Below, one piece after another: positions 9,471 to 20,574 of a DNA stretch of 64,000 nt. The notes under the pieces are model-generated. The model had not been told where the DNA came from. It made no database searches and was given only the letters and a program-made list of their open reading frames with translations. Made by a program: the position numbers and the translations under genes. Source of the stretch: Gammaproteobacteria bacterium (GTDB taxonomy: Bacteria > Pseudomonadota > Gammaproteobacteria > Eutrophobiales > Eutrophobiaceae); NCBI GenBank assembly GCA_963422205.2, contig CAXMWX010000009.1, positions 32,001 through 96,000 on the forward strand, in the 5' to 3' direction. Numbering within the stretch: the first letter of the stretch is position 1; every line of letters starts with the position of its first letter.

Positions 9471-11321
9471 ATGACGTTGGCAGAAATCATTCCACCGCTT
9501 AATGAATTGATTCGGAGCCGCATGACAACGGGAGAGAGAAAGTTAACTCAATGCCTGAAGTCCCTGTTGGAAGATGATTGTCTTTGTTGGTATAACGTTC
9601 CGATAGGTGAAAAACGCCAGCATCCTGATTTTATTATCCTGAATCCAGGCCGTGGTTTATTGTTCCTAGAGGTGAAAGACTGGAAGCCCGGCACCCTGAA
9701 CAAAATTGACAAATTGGGTGCGGAAATATTAACAGACAAGGGGTTGGTCAGAAAAGATAATCCGCTGGAGCAAGCGCGGCAATATATTTATCCCGTAATA
9801 AACATGTTGTCCCGCGATCCCTGTCTACGACATAAAGACGGCAAGCATAAAGGCAAATTTCTAGTGCCCTATGGCTGGGGCGCAGTGCTGACAAACATAG
9901 ATCGCCAGCAAATCCACAAAGCCGTAACAGATGAAAATCAAAGAAAAGAAGTATTGCCGGATCATCAGCTGATTTACAAGGATGAACTCTCTGAGCAGCG
10001 TGATGCCAAGCTATTTCAAAAACAGTTATGGGGCATGTTCAACCACCAGTTTGGGAATAAATTAAGTACGCGACAAATTGACCGTATTCGCTGGCATCTG
10101 TTTCCAGAGTTACGCATAGATAACAGACAAGTGACGTTATTTGACAAGGATCAGAATGCACAAAATTTTTCCGATAACATCAGTATGATGGACATCAAAC
10201 AGGAAAAACTGGCACGCGGTCTGGGAGAAGGGCATCGCGTGATCCACGGTGTTGCGGGATCTGGCAAAACCTTGATTCTTGGCTACCGTTGTCAGCAATT
10301 AGCACAGATAAGCAACAAGCCAATTCTGGTATTGTGTTTTAACAGATCCCTGGCAGCCATGCTCAGATCTTTTATTTCCGCAAAAGGCATCGGCGAGAAA
10401 GTAGAGGTGCATCACTTCCACGGCTGGTGCGCCAAGCAATTAAAGACACATGATGTGGATGTCATAAAATCTGAAGAAGAGTTTCCGAACCGCCAGGTTC
10501 AATCCGTGATAAAGGCGGTGGATAATGAGCAGATTCCGCGCGCACAGTACGGTGCTATATTGATTGATGAGGGGCATGATTTTGAGGCTAAATGGCTGAA
10601 GTTGATCGTTCAAATGGTTGACCCAGAGAGCAAATCACTCTTGTTTATTCATGATGATGCCCAGGCGATTTACAAGCAATGTCCCGGCTTGGGTTTTACT
10701 TATGCAAGCGTTGGGATACAGGCTCGAGGCCGTACTACCATATTAAACAAGAATTACCGAAATACTCGAGAAATTCTGCAATTCGCCTATGAGTTTATTC
10801 TTCCTTATGTTGATTCAGGCGAGACTGACGATGGGCATATTGTGCTTATTGAACCCGAGGCGGCAGGCACACATGGCGATAAGCCTGAAGTGCATCAGTT
10901 CAACAGCTTCACAGAGGAGATGCGTTATGCCGTATCATGCTTGCAAACATGGCATAAACAAGGCGCATCATGGGCCGATATAGCCGTGCTTTATTTCTAC
11001 CACGACACGGGCGGTAAGGTGAGCGAGCGTCTTAAGCAGGCAGAAATTCCTCATTTACAGATGAAAGACAGCCAGTCTAAAGATGCTTACAATCGTATGA
11101 TTGATCGAGTTACCGTATCAACCTTTCATAGCAGTAAGGGCCTGGAGTTTTCCCATGTGGTAGTTATCGGGGTAGGCAAGCATTCAAACAATCAAGAGGA
11201 ATTGCAAAGCAATGCCAAGTTATTATATGTGGGAATAACCCGGGCACAGAAAACATTATTGCTCACCACCTCAACAGACGATCAGCTAAGTTGTAAGTTG
11301 TTAAAAATCGCTGCCGTATAA
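9471..11321 (+). CDS. NERD nuclease + SF1 (UvrD-like) helicase
   Basis: HPDFIIL..LEVKDW (NERD), GVAGSGKT, ILIDEGHD, NYRNT, STFHSSKGLEF, YVGITRA; AT-richer than the flanking genes. Confidence 0.85.
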   Translation: MTLAEIIPPLNELIRSRMTTGERKLTQCLKSLLEDDCLCWYNVPIGEKRQHPDFIILNPGRGLLFLEVKDWKPGTLNKIDKLGAEILTDKGLVRKDNPLEQARQYIYPVINMLSRDPCLRHKDGKHKGKFLVPYGWGAVLTNIDRQQIHKAVTDENQRKEVLPDHQLIYKDELSEQRDAKLFQKQLWGMFNHQFGNKLSTRQIDRIRWHLFPELRIDNRQVTLFDKDQNAQNFSDNISMMDIKQEKLARGLGEGHRVIHGVAGSGKTLILGYRCQQLAQISNKPILVLCFNRSLAAMLRSFISAKGIGEKVEVHHFHGWCAKQLKTHDVDVIKSEEEFPNRQVQSVIKAVDNEQIPRAQYGAILIDEGHDFEAKWLKLIVQMVDPESKSLLFIHDDAQAIYKQCPGLGFTYASVGIQARGRTTILNKNYRNTREILQFAYEFILPYVDSGETDDGHIVLIEPEAAGTHGDKPEVHQFNSFTEEMRYAVSCLQTWHKQGASWADIAVLYFYHDTGGKVSERLKQAEIPHLQMKDSQSKDAYNRMIDRVTVSTFHSSKGLEFSHVVVIGVGKHSNNQEELQSNAKLLYVGITRAQKTLLLTTSTDDQLSCKLLKIAAV

Positions 11322-11420
11322 TTTACATTTCAAACCAGCACACAAAGCCACTGTCCAACACTTTATGCTCGCCCCTGTAACTGCTAGACTGGCCAGCACA
11401 GTTATCCTAAGGAAACCAAT

Positions 11421-12158
11421 GTGGCTGGCCACAGTAAATGGGCGAATATTCAGCACCGCAAGAACCGACAGGACGCCAGGCGGGGCAAGCTGTTCAGCAA
11501 ACTCATCCGCGAGATCACGGTGGCCGCCCGGCTGAGTGGCGAGGAGCCGGCGGCCAATCCGCGCTTACGGGCGGCTATCGACAATGCGCTGGCGGCCAAC
11601 ATGGCCCGGGATACGATTGAACGGGCGGTTAAGCGGGGCGGCGGAGGCGGCGAGAGTGACAGCCTTGAGGAAGTGCGTTATGAGGGCTACGGCCCGGGCG
11701 GGGTGGCCGTGATGGTGGACTGCATGACCGATAACCGCAACCGCACCGTGGCCGAGGTGCGCCATGTCTTGAGCAAATGCGGCGGCAAGCTGGGCACCGA
11801 TGGCTCGGTTGCCTGGATGTTCACCAAGGTCGGGCAGATATCCTATGCCAGCGACACGGATGAGGACAAGCTCATGGAGGCCGCCCTGGAAGCGGGCGCC
11901 GAGGATGTGATCAACAATGCTGACGGCTCTTATGATGTGCTGGCCTCGGTGGATGATTTTGTCGATGTGAAGGCGGCGTTGACAGGCCAGGGGCTAACAC
12001 CGGAAGCCGCCGGGATCACCATGCACGCCAACACCACCAGCACGCTCGATCCCGCCAATGCGGCCGCCCTGCTACGGCTGCTGGAGCGGCTGGATGATTT
12101 GGATGATGTGCAGCAGGTCTATGTCAACACCGATGTGCCGGCTGAGTTGCTGGCCTGA
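11421..12158 (+). CDS. yebC: YebC/PmpR family protein
   Basis: MAGHSKWANIQHRK, YEGYGPGG, TDNRNRT. Confidence 0.96.
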   Translation: MAGHSKWANIQHRKNRQDARRGKLFSKLIREITVAARLSGEEPAANPRLRAAIDNALAANMARDTIERAVKRGGGGGESDSLEEVRYEGYGPGGVAVMVDCMTDNRNRTVAEVRHVLSKCGGKLGTDGSVAWMFTKVGQISYASDTDEDKLMEAALEAGAEDVINNADGSYDVLASVDDFVDVKAALTGQGLTPEAAGITMHANTTSTLDPANAAALLRLLERLDDLDDVQQVYVNTDVPAELLA

Positions 12159-12203
12159 TCCCATGGCAGGCGCCCAATGTAGCGGATGGCGCTCTCCTCA
12201 CCC

Positions 12204-12728
12204 ATGGCGGTAGTGCGGATCCTGGGCATCGATCCCGGCTCTGTGAACACCGGTTATGGCGTGATTGACATGCAGGGCAACCATGCCGCCTGCATTACCT
12301 TCGGCATCGTCAAAGTCCAGGGCGAAATGCTGGCCGCCAGGCTGCAAACGATCTACGCCGGGCTTGAGCAAATCATCACAGAGTATCAGCCGGCAGAGGC
12401 GGCCATAGAAAAAGTCTTTATGCACCAGAATGCCGATTCTGCCTTGAAGCTCGGCCAGGCCCGGGGCGCCGCCATCACGGCCTGTGCCAACCGCCAGCGG
12501 CCAGTATATGAGTACACGGCCAATCAGGTGAAACAGGCCACAGTCGGCAAGGGCCATGCGGCAAAACAACAGGTGCAGCACATGATCCGGGTGTTACTGT
12601 GTTTGCCGAAATCACCGCCAACCGATGCCGCCGATGCCCTGGCGATCGCCCTGTGTCATGGCCACTGCCGGGAGACCGTACGGCGGATGCCGGGGGTGAG
12701 CGGCATACGCCGGGGGCGCTGGCGATGA
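12204..12728 (+). CDS. ruvC: Holliday junction resolvase
   Basis: ILGIDPGS, KLGQARG, DAADALAIALCH; alternative start at 12186. Confidence 0.96.
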   Translation: MAVVRILGIDPGSVNTGYGVIDMQGNHAACITFGIVKVQGEMLAARLQTIYAGLEQIITEYQPAEAAIEKVFMHQNADSALKLGQARGAAITACANRQRPVYEYTANQVKQATVGKGHAAKQQVQHMIRVLLCLPKSPPTDAADALAIALCHGHCRETVRRMPGVSGIRRGRWR

Positions 12729-13327
12729 TTAGCCTGCTTCAAGGCGTCTTGCTGGAGAGACAGCCACCGCACCTCTTGATCGATGTGGGCGGCGTGGGCT
12801 ATGAGGTGGAAGCACCGATGACCACCATCTATAACCTGCCGGAGATCGGCAGCGAGGTGCGGCTGCATACCCATCTGATCGTCCGGGAAGATGCTCATCT
12901 GCTGTTTGCCTTTGGCGATGTGGCCGAGCGCCGCATGTTCCGCCACCTGATCAAGGTAAACGGCGTGGGCGCCAGGATGGCGCTGGCGATCCTCTCCGGT
13001 ATCGAGGCGGACGCCTTCTATCACTGTGTGCAACACGGCGATACCGACCGGCTGGTGAAGCTGCCGGGCATCGGCAAAAAAACCGCTGAGCGATTGATCG
13101 TGGAGATGCGGGATCGGCTGCAAGACTGGCCGGCCAGTCAGCCGGTCTCGCCACCGGGCAAGGCGAGAAGAGGCGCAACGGCTGATCCGGTGGATGAGGC
13201 GGTCAGCGCGCTGATCGCCTTAGGCTATAAACCACAGGAGGCCAGCCGCCTGGTGCTGGCGGTGGCGGCACCGGATGCAGACAGCGAAGCACTGATCAAA
13301 GATGCCCTCAAGGCTTCGGTAAAATAA
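12725..13327 (+). CDS. ruvA: Holliday junction branch migration protein
   Basis: MISLLQG, GVGYEV, VREDA, PGIGKKTAER, ALIALGY. Confidence 0.96.
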   Translation: MISLLQGVLLERQPPHLLIDVGGVGYEVEAPMTTIYNLPEIGSEVRLHTHLIVREDAHLLFAFGDVAERRMFRHLIKVNGVGARMALAILSGIEADAFYHCVQHGDTDRLVKLPGIGKKTAERLIVEMRDRLQDWPASQPVSPPGKARRGATADPVDEAVSALIALGYKPQEASRLVLAVAAPDADSEALIKDALKASVK

Positions 13328-13449
13328 CCCCGATCAGCCCGGCGAGCAGCGGCCCTGAATATTGATTTGGGGCTATCATAAACTCAGCTTCCCATGGCTT
13401 TGAACCGACTGGCATCTGACAACGCAACCGTAGAGAATAAGGCCCTGTT

Positions 13450-14514
13450 ATGAGTAAACCCGGCTCGGTCATCTCCGCCAACAGCTCGGCTGAGGATATT
13501 GCCGTGGAGACCACGCTCCGCCCGCAACGGCTACAGGATTATACCGGCCAGCCGGCGGTGTGCGAACAGATGGAGATATTCATCGGCGCAGCGCACAAGC
13601 GCAATGAATCGCTGGATCATGTCTTGATCTTCGGCCCGCCCGGCTTGGGCAAAACCACCCTGGCGCATATCATCGCCAATGAAATGCAGGTCGGCTTGCG
13701 GCAGACCTCGGGCCCGGTGCTGGAGCGCCCGGGCGATCTGGCCGCCCTACTGACCAACCTGGAGCCTAAGGATGTGTTGTTCATCGATGAAATTCATCGC
13801 CTAAGCCCGGTGGTGGAAGAGATTCTGTATCCGGCGATGGAGGACTATCAGATCGATATCATGATCGGGGAAGGGCCGGCGGCGCGTGCCATCAAGCTGG
13901 ATGTGCCGCCGTTCACGCTGGTCGGGGCGACTACCCGCGCCGGTCTCTTGACCTCGCCGTTGCGCGATCGTTTCGGCATCGTCCAGCGGCTGGAGTTTTA
14001 TTCCGTGGCTGATCTCGGCCATATTGTCAGCCGCTCGGCCGAGATCCTGGCCGTGCCGGTGGAAGCGGCGGGGGCAAATGAGATCGCCGCCCGCTCCCGT
14101 GGTACGCCGCGCATCGCCAATCGCCTGTTGCGCCGAGTGCGCGATTACAGTGAAATGAAGGCGGACGGGCGTATCACGGCAGACACTTCGCAACGGGCGC
14201 TGAACATGTTAAACGTGGATGAGCATGGCTTTGATGCGATGGATCGGCGGCTGCTGCTGGCGATTATCCAGAAGTTTGATGGCGGGCCGGTGGGGCTGGA
14301 CAGCATCGCTGCTGCCGTTGGCGAGGAGCGCGATACCATAGAGGATGTGATTGAGCCTTTTTTGATCCAGCAGGGGTTTATGATGCGTACCCCGCGGGGC
14401 CGGGTGGCCACGAAGAACGCCTGGCTGCACTTCGGGCTGGACCTGCCGAAGGGGCATCAGCTTGCTCATGATCTGTTTGCCGCCGACAGCCAGGAAGGCC
14501 AGACAGGCGGATGA
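13450..14514 (+). CDS. ruvB: Holliday junction branch migration ATPase
   Basis: [37 protein letters not shown]. Confidence 0.98.
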   Translation: MSKPGSVISANSSAEDIAVETTLRPQRLQDYTGQPAVCEQMEIFIGAAHKRNESLDHVLIFGPPGLGKTTLAHIIANEMQVGLRQTSGPVLERPGDLAALLTNLEPKDVLFIDEIHRLSPVVEEILYPAMEDYQIDIMIGEGPAARAIKLDVPPFTLVGATTRAGLLTSPLRDRFGIVQRLEFYSVADLGHIVSRSAEILAVPVEAAGANEIAARSRGTPRIANRLLRRVRDYSEMKADGRITADTSQRALNMLNVDEHGFDAMDRRLLLAIIQKFDGGPVGLDSIAAAVGEERDTIEDVIEPFLIQQGFMMRTPRGRVATKNAWLHFGLDLPKGHQLAHDLFAADSQEGQTGG

Positions 14515-14515
14515 C

Positions 14516-14920
14516 ATGACTGAATTTAGCTGCACTGTGCGGGTCTATTATGAGGATACCGATGCGGTCGGGCTTCTCTACCATGCCAATTACCTGAAAT
14601 ACATGGAGCGGGCGCGTTCAGAATACCTGCGATCACTGGGCTATACCCATCCGCTGCTTGCCCGCCACGAGCGGCTGATCTTTGTGGTAAGCGGGCTCAC
14701 CATCGAGTATAAAAAACCAGCACGGCTTGATGACCTGCTAACCATCACGGCGGGCTTTGCTACGGTCAATGCGGCCAGCATAATATGCTCGCAGACTGTC
14801 CGGCGTGATGCTGACATACTGTGCACCGGCCTGATAAAGATAGCCGCTCTCGACAGTGACAGTTACATGCCAAAACGTATCCCGGCACAGATGAGGGGAA
14901 AATTTGATCATGACGGCTGA
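14516..14920 (+). CDS. ybgC: Tol-pal-associated acyl-CoA thioesterase
   Basis: RVYYEDTDA.G..YHANYLKYMERAR; gene order. Confidence 0.93.
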   Translation: MTEFSCTVRVYYEDTDAVGLLYHANYLKYMERARSEYLRSLGYTHPLLARHERLIFVVSGLTIEYKKPARLDDLLTITAGFATVNAASIICSQTVRRDADILCTGLIKIAALDSDSYMPKRIPAQMRGKFDHDG

Positions 14921-15584
14921 TATGAGCTTCCTGCATTTGATCATGAGCGCCAGCGCCCTGGTGCAACTGGTGATGTTATCGCTGCTGCTGGCCTCGCTGA
15001 TCTCCTGGACGATGATCTTCAAAAAACGCATCGCCTTGAACGATGCCCGGCGTGAGGCGGACGCCTTCGAAGAGCGTTTCTGGTCACTGGAGGACTTAAC
15101 ACCACTGTATGCCCGGGTCAGCAATTCACGTTATGATGCCGTCGGCATGGAAAAACTGTTCGAGGCCGGGTTTAACGAATTTGCCCGCCTGCGTAAGCAG
15201 GACAACATCGATCCCGATGCCGTCATGGAAGGCACGCAGCGCGCCATGCGCGTCGCCCTGAACAAGGAGATCGAATGGCTGGATACGCACTTGTCTTTTC
15301 TCGCCACAGTAGGCTCGACCAGCCCCTATGTCGGCCTGTTCGGCACCGTCTGGGGGATCATGAACAGCTTTCGGGCGCTGGGCAATGTGCAGCAGGCATC
15401 CATCGCCATGGTGGCCCCCGGCATCGCCGAGGCACTGATCGCAACGGCAATGGGCCTGTTTGCCGCCATCCCGGCCGTCATCGCCTATAACCGTTTCTCC
15501 AACGATGTGGAGCGGCTGATCAATCGCTACGACACGTTCACCGAGGAGTTCTCCGCCATACTGCACAGACACGCCCACCAATAA
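14910..15584 (+). CDS. tolQ: TolQ
   Basis: SPYVGLFGTVWGIM, PGIAEALIATAMGLFAAIPA. Confidence 0.96.
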   Translation: MTADMSFLHLIMSASALVQLVMLSLLLASLISWTMIFKKRIALNDARREADAFEERFWSLEDLTPLYARVSNSRYDAVGMEKLFEAGFNEFARLRKQDNIDPDAVMEGTQRAMRVALNKEIEWLDTHLSFLATVGSTSPYVGLFGTVWGIMNSFRALGNVQQASIAMVAPGIAEALIATAMGLFAAIPAVIAYNRFSNDVERLINRYDTFTEEFSAILHRHAHQ

Positions 15585-15597
15585 CAACGAGGCCAAC

Positions 15598-16035
15598 ATG
15601 AAGCCGAGACGACGCAAACGACCCCTGGCCGAGATCAACGTGGTGCCTTATATTGACGTGATGCTGGTGCTGCTGATCATCTTTATGATCACCGCCCCGC
15701 TGTTAAGCCAGGGCATCAAGATAGATTTGCCTGAAGTGGCCGCCGAGACCCTGCCGGCCGACACCAAAGACCCGCTGGTGATCAGCATCGATAAAGCCGG
15801 CAACTATTACATGAATTACGGTGATAAGCAGGATAGACCGGTGGCCGCACAAACCATGGTCAACCGGGTGGCCGCCCTGCTCAAACACCGCCAGCGGCTG
15901 CCCGTGCTGGTGAAAGGCGACCGGCATGTGGCCTATGGCCACATCGCCGAGGTCATGGCCTTGTTGCAAAATGCCGGCGTTGACCGGGTTAGCCTGGTGA
16001 CCGATCTGCCTGATAACGTGATGCCCGAAAAATGA
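15598..16035 (+). CDS. tolR: TolR
   Basis: EINVVPYIDVMLVLLIIFMITAP. Confidence 0.95.
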   Translation: MKPRRRKRPLAEINVVPYIDVMLVLLIIFMITAPLLSQGIKIDLPEVAAETLPADTKDPLVISIDKAGNYYMNYGDKQDRPVAAQTMVNRVAALLKHRQRLPVLVKGDRHVAYGHIAEVMALLQNAGVDRVSLVTDLPDNVMPEK

Positions 16036-16070
16036 TGCTTCGAAAAATGACGCCCAAAAAGTAATGCAAC

Positions 16071-16883
16071 ATGCCGTTTTTAACCTTGCGCTCTTTTGCC
16101 TGCTCCCTGCTCATCCATATCATCATCGGCGGCCTGCTCCTGTTCAGCTTCGATAACACGCCAGCCCCTCGCCCCATGCCCCGCCCGCAGGAGAATATGA
16201 TCACGGCCACCGCTGTCAACAGCAAGGCGGTGGAGCAGGAACTGCGGCGGCTGGAAGATATAGAAAAACAAAAACAGCAGCAAAAGCTGAAGGAGCAGAA
16301 AGCATTGGAGAGAAGGCGTGAGGATTTGCAGCAGCAAGCCAGCGAGGCCGAACGGCAGAAAAAGCAGGAAAGAAAACGGCTGGATGAGATAAAAAAACAG
16401 CAGGCGGAGGCCGCCGAAGCATTGAAACGCAAACAGCTGAGGTTAAAACAAGAGCAGGAGGCGGCGGAGAGAAAACGGCAGCAGGAAGCAGAGGCGAGAC
16501 GAGCGGCAGAGGAGAAGCGGCGCAAGGCACAACAGGCAGAAAAGGCGCTGAAAAAACAGCTTGCCGAAGAGCGGGCGGCAGAGCAAAAACACCAGGATCA
16601 ACAGCTATTGCAAGGCATTATTGCCAACATCAATCGCAAGGTAAATAATAATTTCAATAAAACCGGCTTGCCGCTCGGCCTTGAGTGCATCTTGTCAGTG
16701 CAGACCGTGCCGGGCGGGGAGGTCATCAGCGTGACGCTCAAAAAATCCAGCGGCAATGCGATCTTTGATCGGCGGGCAATCACCGCCGTGGAGAAATCCT
16801 CACCGCTGCCTTTGCCCGGTGATGCGAAGCTATTTAACCGACTGCCATTACGCAACTTTACTTTTCGATTCAGCCCTGACTGA
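16071..16883 (+). CDS. tolA: TolA
   Basis: TM helix with SLLIH, charged helical stalk, C-terminal SSGN..FD..A..AV domain. Confidence 0.92.
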   Translation: MPFLTLRSFACSLLIHIIIGGLLLFSFDNTPAPRPMPRPQENMITATAVNSKAVEQELRRLEDIEKQKQQQKLKEQKALERRREDLQQQASEAERQKKQERKRLDEIKKQQAEAAEALKRKQLRLKQEQEAAERKRQQEAEARRAAEEKRRKAQQAEKALKKQLAEERAAEQKHQDQQLLQGIIANINRKVNNNFNKTGLPLGLECILSVQTVPGGEVISVTLKKSSGNAIFDRRAITAVEKSSPLPLPGDAKLFNRLPLRNFTFRFSPD

Positions 16884-16896
16884 GGATGAATATTCA

Positions 16897-18207
16897 ATGA
16901 GACGTGCCATTCGCATTTTGCCCCTGCTTTGCAGCCTGCTCATCTTGGGCCAACACGCCAGGACCGATGAGCAACTGGTGATCGACATCACTGGCGTGAA
17001 CAAGACCCTGCCTATTGCCATCGTCCCGTTCGGCTGGAACGGCGAGCCCGGCAAACCGCCTGCTGATCTGCACCTCACCATCGCCAACAACCTGGCACGC
17101 AGCGGTCGGTTTGACACCATGGATGCCGCCGATATGCCGCAAATGCCGAACAGCTACAGCGAGGTCAATTTTAAGGACTGGCGGTTATTGCAGATGGAGA
17201 CCCTTGTCATTGGCAACCTGAAACAAACCGCCGAGGGCCGCTATGATGTCGAGTTCAGGCTGCTGGATGTCTATACCGGCTCGCAGCTTGCCGGTTTTCG
17301 TATCCCGGCCACTCGCCAGCAACTGCGCCGCACAGCACACCGCATCAGCGATATCATCTTCCAGAAGCTGACCGGGCAGCGCGGGGCATTCGACACCCGG
17401 ATTGCCTATGTCACGGTCACCGGGGTGAGAGCAGAGGATCAACGCTTCACCCTGCAAATCGCCGATGCCGATGGCTTTCATCCTAAGGTGCTGCTGGAAT
17501 CCACCGAGCCGCTGCTCTCCCCGGCCTGGTCACCGGATGGTCGGGCGCTGGCCTATGTGTCGTTTGAGGGACGAAATTCCGCCATCTTTGTGCAGGATAT
17601 TAAGAGCGGGCAGCGCGAGAGACTCGCCGCCTTCCCCGGCATCAACAGCGCCCCGGCCTTCTCGCCGGACGGCAGCCGCCTGGCGCTGACCCTGTCCCGG
17701 GATGGCAACCCGGAAATTTATGTCCTGCACCTGTCCACCCGCTCGTTACAGCGCATCACCCGCAATCGCGCCATTGACACCGAGCCAGGCTGGGCGCCGG
17801 ACGGCAACAGGCTGGCCTTCACCTCAGACCGGGGCGGCTCACCACAGATCTACGAGGTGGCGCTAAACGGCGGCAGCCCGAAAAGATTGACCTTCGATGG
17901 CCCCTATTTTGCCAGACCGCGCTATGCACCGGACGGCAAGAGCATGGCGATGGTCTCCGGCAAAGACGGGCAATACCGTATCGCCTGGCTGGACTTGAGC
18001 AGCAATTACCTCGCCCTGCTGACCGGCGGCGCGCTGGACGAATCACCCAGCTTCAGCCCGGATGGCAGCATGATCATCTACGCCAAAACGGGCCGCCGTG
18101 GCTCTGAGCTGGCGGCGGTGTCGGCTGACGGCGAAGTACACCAGCGGCTCGCCCTGCAGGATGGCGAGGTGCGTGAACCGGCCTGGGGGCCTTTCCCGAA
18201 ACAATAA
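16897..18207 (+). CDS. tolB: TolB
   Basis: Signal peptide, PIAIVPF, repeated PAWSPDG beta-propeller motifs. Confidence 0.96.
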   Translation: MRRAIRILPLLCSLLILGQHARTDEQLVIDITGVNKTLPIAIVPFGWNGEPGKPPADLHLTIANNLARSGRFDTMDAADMPQMPNSYSEVNFKDWRLLQMETLVIGNLKQTAEGRYDVEFRLLDVYTGSQLAGFRIPATRQQLRRTAHRISDIIFQKLTGQRGAFDTRIAYVTVTGVRAEDQRFTLQIADADGFHPKVLLESTEPLLSPAWSPDGRALAYVSFEGRNSAIFVQDIKSGQRERLAAFPGINSAPAFSPDGSRLALTLSRDGNPEIYVLHLSTRSLQRITRNRAIDTEPGWAPDGNRLAFTSDRGGSPQIYEVALNGGSPKRLTFDGPYFARPRYAPDGKSMAMVSGKDGQYRIAWLDLSSNYLALLTGGALDESPSFSPDGSMIIYAKTGRRGSELAAVSADGEVHQRLALQDGEVREPAWGPFPKQ

Positions 18208-18259
18208 ACATCGGCATGAATGAATGGTATGCTGAGAACCTGTACGTGGAGACTGCGTT

Positions 18260-18835
18260 ATGCTCAACAAAATCCTGCGGCGATCATTCGCCCTGCTGCT
18301 GGCCCTGACACTGACCGCCTGCACATCTTCCGGCAAAAAAGAAGAGGCCGCCCGTGTTGAGGATCGATCGATCAGCGCTGGCCCTGGCGATAGCGGCGAT
18401 GGGGCGATGGACGATGCTGGCGGGGCGGCGACCGCTTACGGGGCTGGGGCTGACAGCGGCTCGCCCTTGAGTCTGCTGGATGATCCGGACAGTGCCTTGT
18501 CGGTGCGTATTATTTATTTTGCCTATGACAGCAGCACCATCCAGCCACAGTTCAATGATGCCATCGCCGCCCATGCCACCTTTCTCGCCCAGCACCCCGA
18601 ACATAGCCTGACGCTGGAAGGCCATGCCGATGAGCGTGGCTCAAGAGAATACAATCTTGCGCTCGGTGAACGGCGGGCAGAGGCCGTCAAGCAGCAAATG
18701 GTGTTGCTGGGCGCCGCCGCCTCGCAAATACGCACGAGCAGTTATGGCGAGGAGAGACCGATCACCACCGGCCATAATGAGCAGTCCTGGGCGCAAAACC
18801 GTCGTGTCGAAATCGTTTACAATCAGGCACTGTGA
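18260..18835 (+). CDS. pal: Peptidoglycan-associated lipoprotein
   Basis: Lipobox LTAC, EGHADERGSREYNLALGERRA, NRRVE. Confidence 0.96.
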   Translation: MLNKILRRSFALLLALTLTACTSSGKKEEAARVEDRSISAGPGDSGDGAMDDAGGAATAYGAGADSGSPLSLLDDPDSALSVRIIYFAYDSSTIQPQFNDAIAAHATFLAQHPEHSLTLEGHADERGSREYNLALGERRAEAVKQQMVLLGAAASQIRTSSYGEERPITTGHNEQSWAQNRRVEIVYNQAL

Positions 18836-19818
18836 AGCGCAAGCTGACATCACCCCTGCCCTGCCTGGCCTGCTTGTTACTGCTCTCGACCAGTGCCGGG
18901 GCGGCTAATGAATCGGCCAATCAATCAGAGACAGCCGCTCGCCTTGCGCGCATTGAACAATTACTCAGCAGCCATGCCTTGCTGGAGTTGCTGCAACAGG
19001 TACAAGCGCTGGAGGATCAGGTCAAACAGTTGCAAGGGCAGCTGGAATTACAAGACCACCGCCTTGAACAGCTAAAGAAAAGACAGCGCGCCCTGTATGT
19101 GGATATCGATCAACGGCTGCAAGCCGGTGAGCGTCGCGGCGCCTCCTCGGCGGCCGCTGCCCAGCCGGGCCCGGCTGATGAGAACCCCTCCCCGCCGTTG
19201 GCAACGCTGGCCCCTGTTCACTCCGACCAGCACCAGGCAGACAGACCGGCAACGGCGCAGAATCTGACGGTAGAGATGATCAACCGGCCCGAGGCCACGC
19301 CATCAACCGGGCCAGCGAGCTCGGCAGACCCGTCAGCAGCGGAGCAGAGCATCCCGACAGCGCCAGTATCCGACCCGGTAAAAGCGCGGGCCGATTATCA
19401 ACACGCCTTTAAGCTATTGAATGATAACCTGTACGATCAATCTATTAAGGCGTTTATCGCCTTCATGCAGTCTCATCCCGACAGCGCCCTGTCTGACAAG
19501 GCGCAATACTGGCTGGCTGAAACCTATTTTGTTACCGCCGCCTATCAACAGGCGTTGACCGAATACAGCAATCTGATCACGAATTACCCCGATAGCCAAA
19601 AACTCACACAGGCGCAACTCAAAATTGCCTATGCCTATCAGGAACTGGGGCAGATCGATGCCGCCAGAAAAACCCTCACGGGGCTGATTGATACCTACCC
19701 TGGCACCACGGTAGCACGCCTGGCCAGCGAGCGTTTGCAGCAGCTCGCCAGCCTGCCGCAAGCAGCACAAGCCGATGCCGAAGATCCCCTGCCGCCCGCA
19801 TCAGCCCCGCCCGACTGA
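18832..19818 (+). CDS. cpoB: Cell division coordinator CpoB (YbgF)
   Basis: Signal peptide, coiled coil ([13 protein letters not shown]), C-terminal TPR (AQYWLAE); follows pal. Confidence 0.92.
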   Translation: MKRKLTSPLPCLACLLLLSTSAGAANESANQSETAARLARIEQLLSSHALLELLQQVQALEDQVKQLQGQLELQDHRLEQLKKRQRALYVDIDQRLQAGERRGASSAAAAQPGPADENPSPPLATLAPVHSDQHQADRPATAQNLTVEMINRPEATPSTGPASSADPSAAEQSIPTAPVSDPVKARADYQHAFKLLNDNLYDQSIKAFIAFMQSHPDSALSDKAQYWLAETYFVTAAYQQALTEYSNLITNYPDSQKLTQAQLKIAYAYQELGQIDAARKTLTGLIDTYPGTTVARLASERLQQLASLPQAAQADAEDPLPPASAPPD

Positions 19819-19847
19819 CCACGCTCAACTGCACAGGGGCCTCAGCA

Positions 19848-20552
19848 TTGAACAAGCCACCTGCGATCGTGCTGCTCTCCGGCGGCCTGGACTCGGCCAC
19901 GGTGTTGGCCATGGCCAACCAGCAGGGGTTCGCCTGCCATGCCTTGAGCTTTGACTATCAGCAACGTCATCAGGTTGAACTCCGTGCGGCCAGGGACATC
20001 GCGCACCACCTGGGGGCGGTTGAACATAAAATCATAAAAATAGCGCTGGGGGAGCTTGGCGGCTCGGCACTGACAGATAAAAATATCGCCGTGCCAGAAG
20101 CTCGCCCTGAAGCCGTGCCGAAGGCTGGGGATGACGACATTCCCGTCACCTACGTGCCAGCCAGAAACACCATCTTTCTGGCCTTTGCGCTGGCGTATGC
20201 AGAGACCCGCCAGGCCAGTGATATTTTCATTGGCGTGAATGCAGTGGATTATTCCGGTTATCCCGACTGCCGACCCGCATTCATCAAGGCATTTGCCGAG
20301 ACAGCCCGGCTGGCCACCCGGGCAGGGCTTGTCGGTCAGTCTTTTGCTATCCATACGCCCTTGATCGGCATGCACAAGGCAGAGATCATTCGAACGGGAA
20401 GCCGCCTTGGTGTGGATTATGATCTCACTATCTCCTGCTATCAGGCAGACGAAGCAGGCCAGGCATGTGGCCGTTGTGATGCCTGTCGGTTTCGGCGTCA
20501 GGGCTTCACAGCGGCCAGCATCACCGACCCGACTGTCTACGCCAACGACTGA
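19848..20552 (+). CDS. queC: 7-cyano-7-deazaguanine synthase
   Basis: [28 protein letters not shown]. Confidence 0.97.
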   Translation: MNKPPAIVLLSGGLDSATVLAMANQQGFACHALSFDYQQRHQVELRAARDIAHHLGAVEHKIIKIALGELGGSALTDKNIAVPEARPEAVPKAGDDDIPVTYVPARNTIFLAFALAYAETRQASDIFIGVNAVDYSGYPDCRPAFIKAFAETARLATRAGLVGQSFAIHTPLIGMHKAEIIRTGSRLGVDYDLTISCYQADEAGQACGRCDACRFRRQGFTAASITDPTVYAND

Positions 20553-20574
20553 CCGGGCAGGTGCCATCTTTTGC

